DNA from: Paragordius varius
Lineage: Eukaryota > Animalia > Nematomorpha
NCBI GenBank assembly: GCA_964247055.1
Contig: OZ176054.1
Location: 8,556,001 to 8,620,000 of the forward strand
Length of the DNA: 64,000 nucleotides
Direction of reading: 5' to 3'
The stretch's first letter is position 1, and each line of letters begins with the position of its first letter. Below the pieces are notes generated by a model. The model ran no database searches. It was given only the letters and a program-made list of their open reading frames with translations, and had not been told where the DNA came from. Below are positions 39,591 through 54,100 of this stretch, in pieces. Made by a program: the position numbers and the translations under genes.

Positions 39591-42066
39591 TATTTATTAA
39601 ACGGTATAACATACTTTTGTTATTTTATTACATCAAAAATTTTTGCATTTAAGGTTTCGGTTTAGGGTTTTTTCCAAAACATTTAAATGTAATATAGAAG
39701 AAATATATCGTTTTGCATTTAGCGATTAATTAGTAATTATTTTTTGGGATAGTATTGATGTTAGAGATAGATTGTGTTCAATGTTAAATTTTAAAACTTA
39801 ATTAAACGAAGGTTAGGGTGATATGCTGCCCAATATACTAGCGGCACAAAAATTTGCTATATACATCAATATATCTTTTACCGCATTAACTCATACAATC
39901 CTAAACTGTATGGTAAATTTTTATTTAAACGCTTCAGTAGTTAACAAACTACAAAAAAAATTATTTTGTTACAAATATTTTGCAATCGAAAAAAAACCAA
40001 ATATTATGATAATGCACAGGTATGATAATCACATATAACATGGCCTTGAAAGTCCATTTCATTTTAACTCAACGACCAATTTATACCTTTTTAGAACAAG
40101 GTCTCTTTCTTTCCGTTGCCAATAATTTTATTGCAGGTATATTTATCGATTTTATCAAGCGGAAATATGAAGGATAATATAATTGTATATTGCCTTTATA
40201 AATAAAATCTAAATATTTTTATGCTATTGAATGTATGATGATTACTTAAACAATATGGAATCCACTCTGTTAATTTTTTTCGGCTGTGGTAAAATATAGA
40301 GTCCATTTTATCAATGTTATATAAATTCCTTTCAAACAAATATTATTTAATTTATATTGATATTATCTTAGTAAAAAATTTTACCTATATTCATCTGTTG
40401 CATTTTATTGAGCTCCATAATATTGACAATATTCGTATTGATAAAATTCATAGCGCTTCTTAATAATAGTGCATTACGTGTAAAAGATTATAAAATAAAG
40501 TTTTAATAGGGGAAAGATATTTGGTTAGCATTTTGGCCAAATTTTAAAACATTCAATAGAATTTATTTACATATATACACATATTGACAACATTTTGGGA
40601 TTGAGAACTAGTTCAGTTCAACCGGTTAATGATGATACGTGACTGTGACAGCTTCAAAAATTAACTTGCCATATACTTTTAAACACATGTTTATCACGTG
40701 ATAATAATTAATTTTATGAAAAAAACATGATATTTAAATTTTTCAATATTGCAACAACTGTTATTAATATATTTTAATTGTAATAAAATTATTTTGACTG
40801 GTTTATTATTTTGCATGGTTCAGTTTTATCTTATTTTAAATTTGGAATGTGTTAATTCACTGAAATAGTGTTTTAACTCTTGAAGATTTCGTCATATATT
40901 TCACTTATAAAAATGTTTTGGCCATTTGTTTTAATTTTATGCATATAGTACTTAAATTTTGCCGATAACATATCTACACAATATATCAAACTTAAATGCG
41001 TAATCTATTCAATACTATGGAAAGTAACTTACCGCCAAGGGTTGTTGTCCAGAAAAGCTGTAATTTTATAGCTTTTTTCTATATTCGGTGCAAAGGCCAA
41101 TTAATGTTTAATACCATACCAAATAAGTTTGTTTGTTACATCTTATTATTAGATGAAAACGAAGAATATTTTTCATGATTTTTTTCATTTTTTATTGTCA
41201 TCCATCTTGAGCCCTTAGTTTCAATTTGTGATCAAATTATATAAATAAAAAATAGTATTTAATTACAAGTTTATGGATGGATGGTTACGTTTTGGGACGA
41301 TTTTTAATTCAGAATCGGCTTTTTATATATCTCAACCTTTTTTTATTTCATAATCCTTTTTTTCACTTTTTGGGTCATATTTTAACACAAAACAAATTTT
41401 TTATTTTACACGAGAGGCTTTACGCATAGGGTAATACATACGCCAGTAAAAATGAGCTTGAGTGGTGGTTTTTATAATATTTGATACTTTTTTATACCAT
41501 TTTAATCATAATTAAAATACCTTATAAGAGGTAACAATAAAACATAGTATTTGAAATGACAAAAACTGTTTTAATAAATAAAATATACTCCTAATTAGAT
41601 AGATTAAATTACAATAAAATATAAAAATTGATATATATATATATATATATATATATCTTGTTTTTTATCACAATTTGGTTCCAGGGCTCATTTTTATACT
41701 ATTTATATAGCGTAAATTTATACAACGTTAATATTTTCAACATAAAAAAATTATATGTATGTAATTGATAATGTTATATAAATATATTATATATATATTA
41801 TGGAAATAAAATTTACATTTTTTTAAGTTTTTTAAATTTTACATTTTTTCTATACATTTAAAGTTCACAAAGGTGTTATTACTATGCTATGTATTAAAAA
41901 CGTTATCTCATAATATCTCTTGCATATTTTTACTTATACATTAAAATTTATATTATAAAAATATTCCAGTCTTTTCTATATTCTTAATTGAGTTTTTAAA
42001 AGATTTTTTAATATTTTTTCTTATTATAAATCCTTAATTTCTGTTATCTCACCTATGTAATAATGT

Positions 42067-42072
<6 letters not shown>

Positions 42073-42121
<49 letters not shown>
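42073..42121. repeat. (AT)n microsatellite, the longest of several
   Basis: About 24 AT units; shorter runs near 3935, 14824-14855, 41631, 44528, 50262, 56866 and 58748. Confidence 0.95.
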
Positions 42122-42131
<10 letters not shown>

Positions 42132-42599
42132 TATAAAACAAATACGATTAGAGTAGGTTAAAACATACCGATATATCTTAAATTTTTGCATAAATTAATA
42201 TATTATTATAGAAAATATAAACAAATTAGTTTAATTTTTTATAGTATAAATTATTTTTATATATTAAACGATTTAAATGTTCTTTATATATAATTTCTTT
42301 TATTTAATGATGAATAATAAAAAAATTCAATTTTTAATTCAACTTTTTCAATAAAAATATATATAATTTTAATACAATTTTATAAAATATCTAACTAATA
42401 GACCGTTGACCAGATAAAACATGGCTATATTTACATTTTAAAGCCAAAACTATATAATAAATTTATGTATGCATTGCTTACATCTTTTCTTCCAACATTT
42501 ATTTTATCAATCTGGTTAAATTCAACCTTTGTTTTATCTAATTTTTTTACAACTCCAATTCTCTAATGTTTTATCCTGAAACAGCTAACGTTACATGTG

Positions 42600-42830
42600 A
42601 ATATAATTAAATATAACCTTAATATACCAAAATCTCAGTTATACGATAAATTCCAATATATAGATAGGTAAAATTTGGTTTTTTATTTTATTTCTGTTAA
42701 AAGATGTTCATTTGTGTCAATGTCTAACCATGTTTCGTCAATAATCCTTACCAGATGTATATTGTTAACTATATATTTCATTTAGGAAGAGGCAACACTT
42801 ATTGTCTTAACCAACGTTAAAAAAAATTAA
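42600..42830 (-). mobile_element. Possible LINE APE endonuclease remnant
   Basis: Minus-strand VRIIDETWLDIDT resembles the I.ITETWL motif of LINE endonucleases; a single motif only. Confidence 0.2.
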
Positions 42831-43849
42831 AATACTAAAAAAATTTTTTATTATGGCCATACCCATTAGGCATTTATACCAAAAAAGTCATTTATATTGA
42901 TTGATTATGTGATTATACTTATTTTACTATAAATTAAAAAAAAAATCTTCAATTTTTTCTAAAGTTTTAATTCCTATAATAATTGTTGATTAACTTGCAA
43001 TTCTACCAAAAAATTTAAACCCTTTGTCAAAAGTATTATAAGACACAGCATGCTTTTTAACACCCATCAGTATGACACTAACTAGGATTTTTTAAACATT
43101 TATATTATATTAAACTAATGTCATCATAATAAACCCTTTCCCTTGTACCAGAATTTTAAAAAAACCAGCGTCTTAAATAATTATTCGATCTTTGATGATA
43201 GAGCGCTTTGTGATTTGATAAGGTTCTAATTGTTAAGTTAAATTTGTTTAAAATTGAGTAACTTTCGTAATTAGCCAATAACAATAAAAAATCAAAATTT
43301 TTTTTAATGTTTGTGGAATATAATTAAAAAATATATGAGTATTAGAACTAAAATTTTTGATGCTGATCATGAGCCATGTATTTTCCCCACAATTTGGGTC
43401 ATTGTGATGGGGTGGGATTAAAATTATTTGTAGTCGGAAAATTAAAATAAGGTAATATTGTGTTTCACTCTAGATTTTAATTAAAAAAAAGTGCTAGTTA
43501 GTTTTTAATAGATATCGGAAATCCAAATAGAAATATCTGAAATCTTGTTTTTAAATTGGCGGGCATGTTGAGTTTTTCATTCTGATTTCGCTTTAATTAT
43601 AATTTAATCTAATTTCATTTGCCACCTTTATTACCAACTATGGCTTGGATACATATAAATATCGATATGTGAAAACCTTAAATTAACTAGTGTCCTACTT
43701 ATTAGTATTTACAAGCACACTCTGGGATTTTCGACGTTCCTTTTTTACAATATATAAATTTTAGTTTATTTTTAATCTTTTTCATTTATCTGTGCTATAT
43801 GCAAACTTACCTAAACTAATCCAATTATGAAATCTATAAACTATGGACA

Positions 43850-44450
43850 TTTATCAATAATATACAGACGGTGGTTACCAAACAGTAACTTTATAGATAT
43901 AAAAACCTAGTATTGGGGTCGCTTTTGCTATAAGTAAACACTTTTTTGATATTTGAACTATCATCTGCAAGCCACAATACAATGCCAATTTCTCATCTAA
44001 TGATATAGATTAGAAGCTTATCTATTTGTTTTCAAGAAGCCTCTTTTATTTGTTGGCTGTGATGGCTGATGAGACCGAATCCCTTTATTTTAGGGAATTA
44101 CTTCACACATAAGGAAAGATATTTTCATTTTTTAAACGCGCATTAACGTTAATTATACAACTATACCACAGCGCAAGTCCAATTAAATCCACTTTTTTTC
44201 GATTATCTCATCCTGTTTTACTCTTACTGGCTAGGATTTTGATAAATTATGTCCGGAAGTGTATAGGACATGGCACTAAAAACACACTTTGTATGTATAT
44301 ATTATATTTTTATTATTTTTTTGTCAATTTCATAAACATACGTATTTTAAAAAAGCAGCGCCTTTTTCGCTTAATACCAGATATATAGCATAAATTCATG
44401 GTTTTGAAGGACATTTGCTGGATTTTCATACGTTAATGCGTATACTCTAA
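43850..44450 (+). mobile_element. Old hAT transposase remnant (ZMYM1/THAP12-like)
   Basis: Stop-riddled frames give NANFSSNDID*KLI (cf. NA.YTS..IQNELI), AVMADETE (cf. SIMADETTD), GF**IMSGSV (cf. GYDGA.VMSG) and IHGFEGHLL (cf. VHC.AH.LNL) in the expected order. No termini found. Confidence 0.45.
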
Positions 44451-44523
44451 ACTAATATCCATTAATATAGATAGAAAATAAACAGGCTAACCATAGCTCT
44501 TAATTATGATATAAATTAAAATA

Positions 44524-44559
<36 letters not shown>

Positions 44560-47500
44560 CATATGGGCCAAATATGAATTATATTTAATTAAGAATTTTT
44601 CCAACTAAATTAAGGATTTTTAAAGAGTTTCAGATTTTTTAGAGAATAGAATAGGGCCTAACAAAACATCAATCTATCGCTTTTAGATGATTTATCAGAC
44701 TTCCGATATGGATTAATTGAAAGCATTCAAATTCATTTAATTTGATCAAAACGTTTAATTATTAGGTTAATTCAAGACCTTTTCATTAGTTATAGAACGT
44801 CCATAGTTTTGTTTCAATTTTACTCTTCTTTCCACATTATATATTTTACCTGGTAAGAGTTTTTGTTAGTTATTCTTTTATTGATTTTATAACACAATTG
44901 AGTAACAAATAGATGTTCATATATTTATATATATATAAGTATGTATATATGCATAAGAAAAGTCATTATCTTTGACCTTTATCTATACAAAAAATGTAAA
45001 ACACGAGTCGTCCACACCTAAAATTTGTATCATCAAATAATTCTTTCAATAAATTTTTTATTGCCTCAAACATTAGTTTAAATTTATATCAATAAAACCA
45101 ATAAAATATATATAAATATAATTTATTGTTTAATTTTCAAAAAAAGTTACAAGATCCTATTAGTCAAGTCAGTTACAGATTAGCGTTTTGGAATTGTAAA
45201 AATAATATATTTAAGCTAAAATTATGGTTGAAAATATTTTATTAACTGAACAAAAATATTTAATTAACTGAACAAAAATATGAGTGACAAAAAATCGTAT
45301 ATCTCTTTTTTGGCATCACCACGTCTCCATCTATTTTAAATCGGAATATCGGATTAATTTATAAATGGGTGTTTTAATAAAAATTATATTATCAATATAT
45401 TTCCATAACAAATATTTTACAACAGAAGCCCGTTAGATAAACACATTCAAAAATCATATAAAAATGTATAATCTGCTATTTATTACTTTTGAAAATCCAA
45501 TCACTTCACTTAGTGCCCAAAGCTCGAAAATAAGAATTACATTGTTGGCAAACGCGGCAAACCACTTTAATTTTAAAGCCATAATTTTTATACAATAAAA
45601 AGTGGCAGGCACTGTGAAATTTGAATTATTTTTTAGGGAACAAAGACTATATATTTCTAATAGTGTGCCAAATTTGGGGGAAAATGTACATTTTATAATT
45701 TTCACATTTTTGAATAAAATACCAGCTTTCAGAATTGGTAAAAAGTTGGTGTTAATGTCGCATGTAAGTAATAAACTAGAAAACTGATTGCAAACAGCTG
45801 TTTTTAAGCATGTTTAAATGAATATTTCAAAATCAGTATATACAGTAATATACCCTGTGTTTCAATAAGCGACATTTATAAAGTTCTCTAAAATTCGATA
45901 ATCATAAAATTTTGAAATAACAGAAGTATGTAACCGCGTACTTTATTAAGAACGTGTGAGATTCTATTCACCTTTTAATCTTATTTTTAGATCAATAACA
46001 TTTTCATTTTACAATAAATTTTAATAAGATATAATTTTTCTTATTCAGATACTGAACGGGTTACATATGTTTAACCAAGAATTATGTTAATGTGTAAAGA
46101 CTCAACGTTTTCGGACAAAATTCAACTAAATTTTAATCTCAATGACTATAAACGAATCATCGAAAATATTTATATAAATCATCATTAAAATTTTTTTGCA
46201 TTGACCTCTAATGTCAAAGCTTATAACACTAGCTTACAATATTTTTACCATTACCAATTGATTTGCAAAAGTTTAACTATATTTTCCAGCTAAAATTTTA
46301 AAAACAGCTGACAGATTAATATCATTTAGTTTAATATCTGTACATGCAACGTGAGCCAATTTTTTCGGATTTTGAAAGCTGGTGAGTGTCATCCTCATGA
46401 TGCGAAAATTAGCAAAAAATGAACTAAATATCCATATTAATTTATTATTATATATAATGGACCTTCTAATGACACCGATCTTGGAAGAAATACATGGGTC
46501 ATTCTTTGCATCCTGACCTTTTTTTATAAACTATATAAAATATAAATAATTTACATTAAAATTTAAATAATATTTTTAGAACATATTACATAATAATTCC
46601 AAATGTTTACAAATTTAGAAAAAAATTAAAATAATTGTTTAATTCCTTATTATAAAGGTTACACACTACCCACAAACCAGTAAGGGAAGATGTACTCCCC
46701 CTTAAACGATTATAAAAAAAGTAGGGCTATATTTAAAAATGGAAAATAGCATGATAACCAGCAGCTAATTTGTTCTTATTCGCTATTATTTAAAAAGTTC
46801 ATTAAAAGGGGAGGTTTTCGTACCAAATTTACTAAATCATTGTAAATATATTTATTAAAGGTGTTAACACTCCATAATTTTCTATAAAATACACGGTTTT
46901 CATTATTTGTTTTTAAATGTTTGGTATCTGGCCGTTATATTTTACTCTTAGTAAAATATTTCTTTTATTAAATAACCACCACATTCTCCTATGATTGAAT
47001 TAGTTTCAAAAATTCATTTAACATATAATTTTATCATATGTTCTTATATGACTTTTTTTTCCTTAGGACATTAATAAATTAATTAGCAACTATTAATAAT
47101 TACTATTTATATAATAATTACTAATTTTAAAAACACGCCTACCTAAGTTACAATCAATATATTCCTTTTATTATGTGTGTTTGATGAACTAAAAATTTGG
47201 GAAGATAAAATTTGTTTTCCCTAGCTCTTCTTGAAATATCATGCAATTTAAAAATTTCTATGTTGTTGTTAATTTTGGTTGTCTAAAAAGAGATTTTAGT
47301 AGTTAGGATTGACGCATTTCCTTTACTCGTTAACTATTAAATGTTTTTTTCTTAAAGTAAAACAGGTATGGAAGATTTCGTTTTCTTGCAGTATATATTC
47401 AATTTTCTTACATCTAATATTATACATATAAAAGTTTTTTTACAAAATTAATTCATCAATCTGATAGAGTTATATATAATATATTAATATAAAATAGTAG

Positions 47501-48123
47501 TTATGATATCGTTTTTCAAGGTGCTGTAATTTGGTTTAGACAAAATAATCTATACTATCATCATCATTATTGTAATAACTACTAAATATCATAAAAATTG
47601 TATCTTTCAAATAAAATATATGTGATACTTTTATCTATTTTTAAGCAAATTACAAAATTTGACATTTATACATATATCTCTATCTATAAATATACAAATT
47701 CGATGTTATGTTAGAGTTAATAATTGATGATAGGTGGATAATTTGCACCACATAAATTATTGATTGATATTAATTTCTATATATGACATTATTCGTTTTT
47801 TTTTGTTTTTTTTTCACAAATTGTTTTTTATCAATCTTATGTAATATCGATAGATACAAAAAATTATGATAAGTATGATGATGTGTTTGACATTATATAT
47901 TCATAAGTTGAGAACAAAGTGATTTTCTACAACCACGCCTTTGTCAAATGCTGTTTGTCTACCTGCCACAGGCAAATTTTACCTACAAATATGATATCAT
48001 TATATCATTTTTAAACTTCCTCCAACTAACTATATAATATAAGATTCAAAAAATGTGATTTTCATGAAAGTTATAACAGATTTTAGTTAAAATCATCATT
48101 CTTTTGTGTTCTTTATGTTAATA

Positions 48124-51100
48124 ATGCCGTCATCTACAGATTTGGGTTATTCCTTGAATCCCACCAAATCTATTACATCCCTTAATGGCCAATTCAATGA
48201 CCAAGCTAATAATAATAATTTACAAAATGGTGGGACTCTGATAAAAGATATTAACAACAATACTAATTATATTAGTCATAAATCGTTTCGGAAAAGCAGC
48301 AATGATGAGGCCACGTTCCTACTGAGTGACAAAGACACTGGTGATCACAAAAATGAAAAGAGTGTGTTATGTGCTAAAGCGACAAAATATCGGTCTTCCT
48401 TCGAAATGACAGAAACCGAGTTTCCTGCATTACAAAAAAATATTGCAAATAAAACGAGCAATAATACTAATTTAGTCAATGAAGAAAAGTTTAGCCATAA
48501 TTTTGATAATAATAATAATAATAGTAATAGTACCATAGTTCATAATATTAAAGACCAGCAGTCAGATATTCATACGCAATTGTCGTCCCAATCATCCGAG
48601 TTATTGAATGGGAATGGGAGTTACGTTGCATCTACCCTTGAAAGTGAGAGTATCAAAAGCTATGGATATAACGGCTCAATAGATGAAGTAATTACAAAAT
48701 TTGTCATGAAAATTAAATTTAAAATAATTTTAGGGGGTGTCACTTACACAATAATCGGGAATGATTACCTTTAAAATTTTGCCGAAATATAGTAATTCCC
48801 AAAAAGAGCAAAACAATAAGTCGGCGCCCAATTAATTTAACAAAGATTTGTGAAAAGTGACCAAATTTACTGTTAAATGACGGTACTAATTTGAAAAATA
48901 AAATCTTAATCTTTGAATTTCCTTTATATACCTCCATTTAACGACATCAAAACTATAGCCAGCTTAGGTCAAAATAACAACAGAAAAAAATAGGGTATTT
49001 GCTTAAGTTACTAAAAATAAATTATATAAAACGGATTAAGATTAAAATGCCTTACTAAATTATATGCATCTATAAAATTATACCAAATGTAATAATATGT
49101 TTTATCGGCTTTTGGTAAAAAAAACATGTAATTTTGAAAGAAAATCGATTGTATTTTTGAAAATTTTGCATGTCGGCTTCTACACATTTCTTCCATCTCT
49201 CAGGTTGTATACGAATGCCGTGCCAGAAAAACTGATTGTCGTGTGTGGACAACCATTTTTCAATCCATTTTCACCGTCTTCGAAATTCTTGAAGTGCGTT
49301 GTGTGAGTTGATGCGATATTGTATTAGTCAGATGACACCAGCTGGGAAAAGTTCAGCGAATGCGAAATAATTTTCCATCGAAGTAATTTCAAGGTGTCTT
49401 TTACTGGGTTTTCTGTGTGGATGGAGGATTGTCATGTAGAAAATGACTTTGCCATGTCTTCTGGTCTGTTCCGGTTTCGATTAATGTAAGGTTTAAATTA
49501 AACATTTGTTGGCGATCGCATGTATTAACGGTTGACTATTTTCAAAAAGTTCATGATTCACAATACCGTTCTCCCAACAGGCACAAAACAAGTCTTCCTA
49601 CCATAGTAATTTAGCCATGGTGTTGATAGATCGGCTTGCCAAGTTGAGCGCTACGATTTTCCGATTTAGATCTATAAAATAAATTATCTTTCTCACCCAT
49701 ACCAATTCGATGAAATGATTTCATTTTGTGACGTTGAAGCATTATTTTACGAGGCGCTTTGCGATTTTCGTTTTGACGTTCCAAATCGCGTGAACCAATT
49801 TACCATGTTTATTGTATTCATTGCTTTTGGAGATCTATTGATTGTTTTTTATGATATATGTAATGCTTCTGACACCTGTTGTAAAGTTAGAGTTGGGTCA
49901 TCATCCAAAAACTTTTCCACTTTAGAGTCTTTGCAGCTGTGTGGTCTACCAGAACACCTGCACTCTTTTTAACGAACTCATAACTTATTATATTCTAATC
50001 ATGTTTCACATATGCTGATCAATGGAGCATGTTCACCATATGTTTCTGCCAGTTTTTTTATGGCAATGGGTGCAGAAAATGTTCTTTTCAGGCACAAAAA
50101 CGACATGATTATTGAGTGAGAAAAATAACGCTGGTGGCGAACCCAACTTTGTGTTTGTCGTTCACGGTTAGTCAAACAAAATGGGGTATACAAATCAATC
50201 GTTTACTTTTCGTTGGCGTCTTCTTTTAGTTAAATTGGTAATAACTTATGACTACACTTGGTATATATATATATATATATATATAGTAAGGCCTCTATTA
50301 TGCCATTTTGTCAACTCAAAAATAAATTTGAGTTAAAAAATTTTAATATAAAAAATAGCCAAGAAATATAAATTTAAGGTATCAATAGCTTTAATGGAAA
50401 ATATGAAAAGTACTGGCTGTCGAGGGATATATACTGTATTATCAATATATTGTATTTGCTCAGATAAAAAGATATTTTTTATACCGATTGTTTCTGTAAC
50501 TATATGGAATCACAGTATATTTTTATGTTGTACAGGGGATCCACAAAAATTTCACGAGTCATATTTTGGTATCAGATATTTTGTTAACTATTGTTGGTTA
50601 ACATAACAACAAAATACTATTTTTGTTCCAACTCCACACAAAATATTCACATAGAGAATCAGTTATAAATGTTTTTAAAAACGTATATTTTGGATTTTAA
50701 ATTAATGTTCTTTGATATATATAAAATATATTAAATTTAAATTTTCATCGTGGATGTGATAAATTCAATTTCACATATAAATAAAAATTTTTGCACTGAG
50801 AACCACTGCAGTTATATTTTTTGACAAAATTTATTAATAAATTTAAGTTGAAAAATCCTTTTTTTCAGCATAATAAAATAATACTTACAAAAAATGACAA
50901 AGAATTCGCACAAAAAGTGGTAGAAACAAGGTTGACTCACGAAAAAGTCCGACAAAAAAAGATTTGACCGGACTTCTAATTTAGAAACAATGATAGTTTC
51001 GGCGACACAATTATAGACATATCCATAATATCGAAAATCCAAATTAGAGTTTATATTATATATATTCTTATAACGGCTGACTGACATATAATATGGTACG

Positions 51101-54100
51101 AATTTGATTATGATGGGACAGAATTTTCGATTGGTGCTGAAAAAAACAAAAAATAAGTTTTACCATTTCTTAAATTGCAAATTTAATGGACATTAGGTAA
51201 CAAATATCTATAGAATTAAAAGAGCCATATTTACATCTTTAAATCTTATATTAAGTTTTATGATTAATTTTTCAGGTAAGAACGCTTTTTGTTAGTGGTT
51301 TGCCTATGGATGCAAAACCGCGAGAATTGTATCTGTTATTTCGAGGATTCCAAGTAATTTATTGTTAGATATACAAAAAATATTATTATTATATACAAAT
51401 CCAACTTATCATAATGTAAAATTTTAAAATAATTTTAATCAATGATTCGCTAAAAATAATAAATATTTCGGGACCTTTAAAACTATCAAGTTTTAACTTT
51501 ATAACCAATAATTACAATTTTATAGCCCTATAAAACATCATAAGTCATAAAATAGACTTTTGAAAACCCTTTGGTTTCATTTTGTTGTAATGGGGAGACA
51601 TTTTCATTATATTCTATACATCACATTTTATAAAAATTTTTGATATTTTTTCAAAGATTACTTAACCTCGTTACAAATTTAAACCGATTCTCAAATAATA
51701 ATGGTTGTGCTACCCACTTATTAAAAAAATATATAATTTTAAATGTATTTACGCCTGGTCTAGATTTAATTTAGAGCAAATGTAATTTCAGATACAATCC
51801 AAAATATATCTGACATATTAAGTGAATTAAATTTAAAAATTGCAAAAATCTTGTAAATAAACATATTTGACTCGAAGGAAATCCTAATATAATATAATTT
51901 ATTACATATTTCTAAGAATGAGTTTAGAAACAGGATTTGCAAACTTGTGGCTAAATTTAGCTTATTTTAGATCGTATTTATAATAATTCGATACGATCAT
52001 ATAATTTGCTATTTAGGGTTATTCCATTAATTTTGATTTCAAAACCCCCCCTCAAAAATCTGTCAAAAGCCGCGGATAAGTGTAAAAAATGAGCTAAACA
52101 CTATATTTTTCCCATGAATGTTATTAAAGTTAGTGAACAAATAAACTAAAATAGTTTATTGATTTTTAGATATTTCTAAATTTTGACATGTTTATTTCAG
52201 GATTCAGTTTTTTTACTTTTTTTACATATAACCAATTTTTAAGACTTTCAAAAAGATTCAAAATACTCAAATTAGATGTAAGGCGGTTTATATATACTAA
52301 ATATTTCAAACAATATAAAATTTTGCACGAAAACCTCAATTATAAGTATTAAAGTAATACTTTTTGTAGTTATTTTTTACTAAATCATCCTAGTATGGTC
52401 AAATAAATTGTGTGGAAATTAGATGCAAAGTTAGTGGTTAATAAAAAAAGAAATAATATATTATTATTTTAGTAAATATAATTTTAGCTAACCAAATTTA
52501 TTTTTTTAATATATTTTTAACGCAAAATAAAATATAGTACCGTTTTATTACGTAGGGTTATGAAAATTCTTTGCTCAAAGTAACCAACAAAATCGGCAAA
52601 AATTTATCAGTAAGTCAAAAATTTAGAAATTACATTTAATTGCTTATTTTTTGAAATTGAAATAATGATTTTTTTTTCAAAAAAAATATAAAAAGCCTGT
52701 CGGATTTGTAACCTTCAAATGTCGAATCGATGCGGAAGAAGCTAAAAAGCAATTACAGGTTAGTAAGTATTTTGTAATGTAAATATATATATAATTTTAT
52801 ATTAATTTTAAAATTATAATTGCTTGCATTTTTGTACTTACTTGGCTTAAATAGTATTTTTTTTTAAAATAATGTGTAAGGTCATTCATTCATCATTATA
52901 TAATATGAAAAATTTAAAATTTAAAACAATTCATGGTATTTATTAATTGTATTACGAAGTAATTAATTTTAAATTATAGCATATAATTAATATCTTATAC
53001 ATTACAGTTTCGTGTCTCTTTTTTATTAATGGCAAAGACTCAGATTGTATCAGTACTTTGTGAATGATTTAACACTCGTCTGCCCAAGGCTACATTATGA
53101 TAAAAATGGCGTAGTTTCAGGGTTCGAACTCAGCCACTCCACCAATGTAAAGAGTCCGGTGTCCTATCAACCTAAATTTTTGTTTTATAAAAGGGTGTCC
53201 GATTTGATCCAGAATCTCAGCAAACACTTAGATTAGAGTTTGCTAAAACAAACACTAAAGTTGCCAAACCCAAAAACTCATCGATACCGCAACAACAAAT
53301 GCAAATGCAGAATTTAACGGCAGGGAGCCCTTTGTTTGCTACAAACAGTTTAAATGGCAGTTTAAGCAATATTCCGTCATATTTTATTGGGTAAATTTGA
53401 CACCTACTATCAGTGGCGTAGTTAGTTGATAGAAGGTGTGAACATGACCCATGCGTGTATTAAGGGGCGTGGAATTGAGTTTTTATAATATATAATTTAA
53501 GTTTTCGCTTTAATTTTTGCACCAAAGATTGATGCACCGCACAGATACTTGTTACGCCACTGCTTATTTCTAAAATAATCAAAAAACGATACCTAATTCT
53601 ATTATACATTTTACTAGGAGTCAATTAACGACCTTAGGTCCGGTTGGTCCGCTAACTTTTCACAATGGACTCCTTTCTCCCCAACATCAAACGTCAAATC
53701 ATCATCATCATAATAGCCAAGGCCAAGGAGTTAATGGATCATCTACCGTTAATTCCTCCTCCCTCAATACTTTAAATGATCAACATCATGCTGCCATGAT
53801 ACATAATATGAATCAAAACTTACCATATCCTTCACCAATTCAAATGCATCCATTGAGTGGAGTTGCCAAATATCCGGTAGTTACCACGATTCTAAGAGAT
53901 GGTACTACGGCTTATATAATAAACACTGCTAACCTTAATAATGTGAATGGTATAAACTTAAATACGAATGGTCTAATCAATGATACGTGTGTCAATGGAG
54001 GAGCTTTTGCGACAAGTCCTGTAAATACTACTCATTTTTTGACAGACCTCCCTACTCATAATAATGTGGGTCCTCATCAACCAAAAATATTGATAAGTCC

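Noticed and set aside
39640-39670. TTTCGGTTTAGGGTT as telomeric repeat
   Set aside because: Only one or two imperfect units.
53103-53173. Functional tRNA gene
   Set aside because: The acceptor and anticodon stems do not pair properly and the 5' strand is missing; kept only as a relic.
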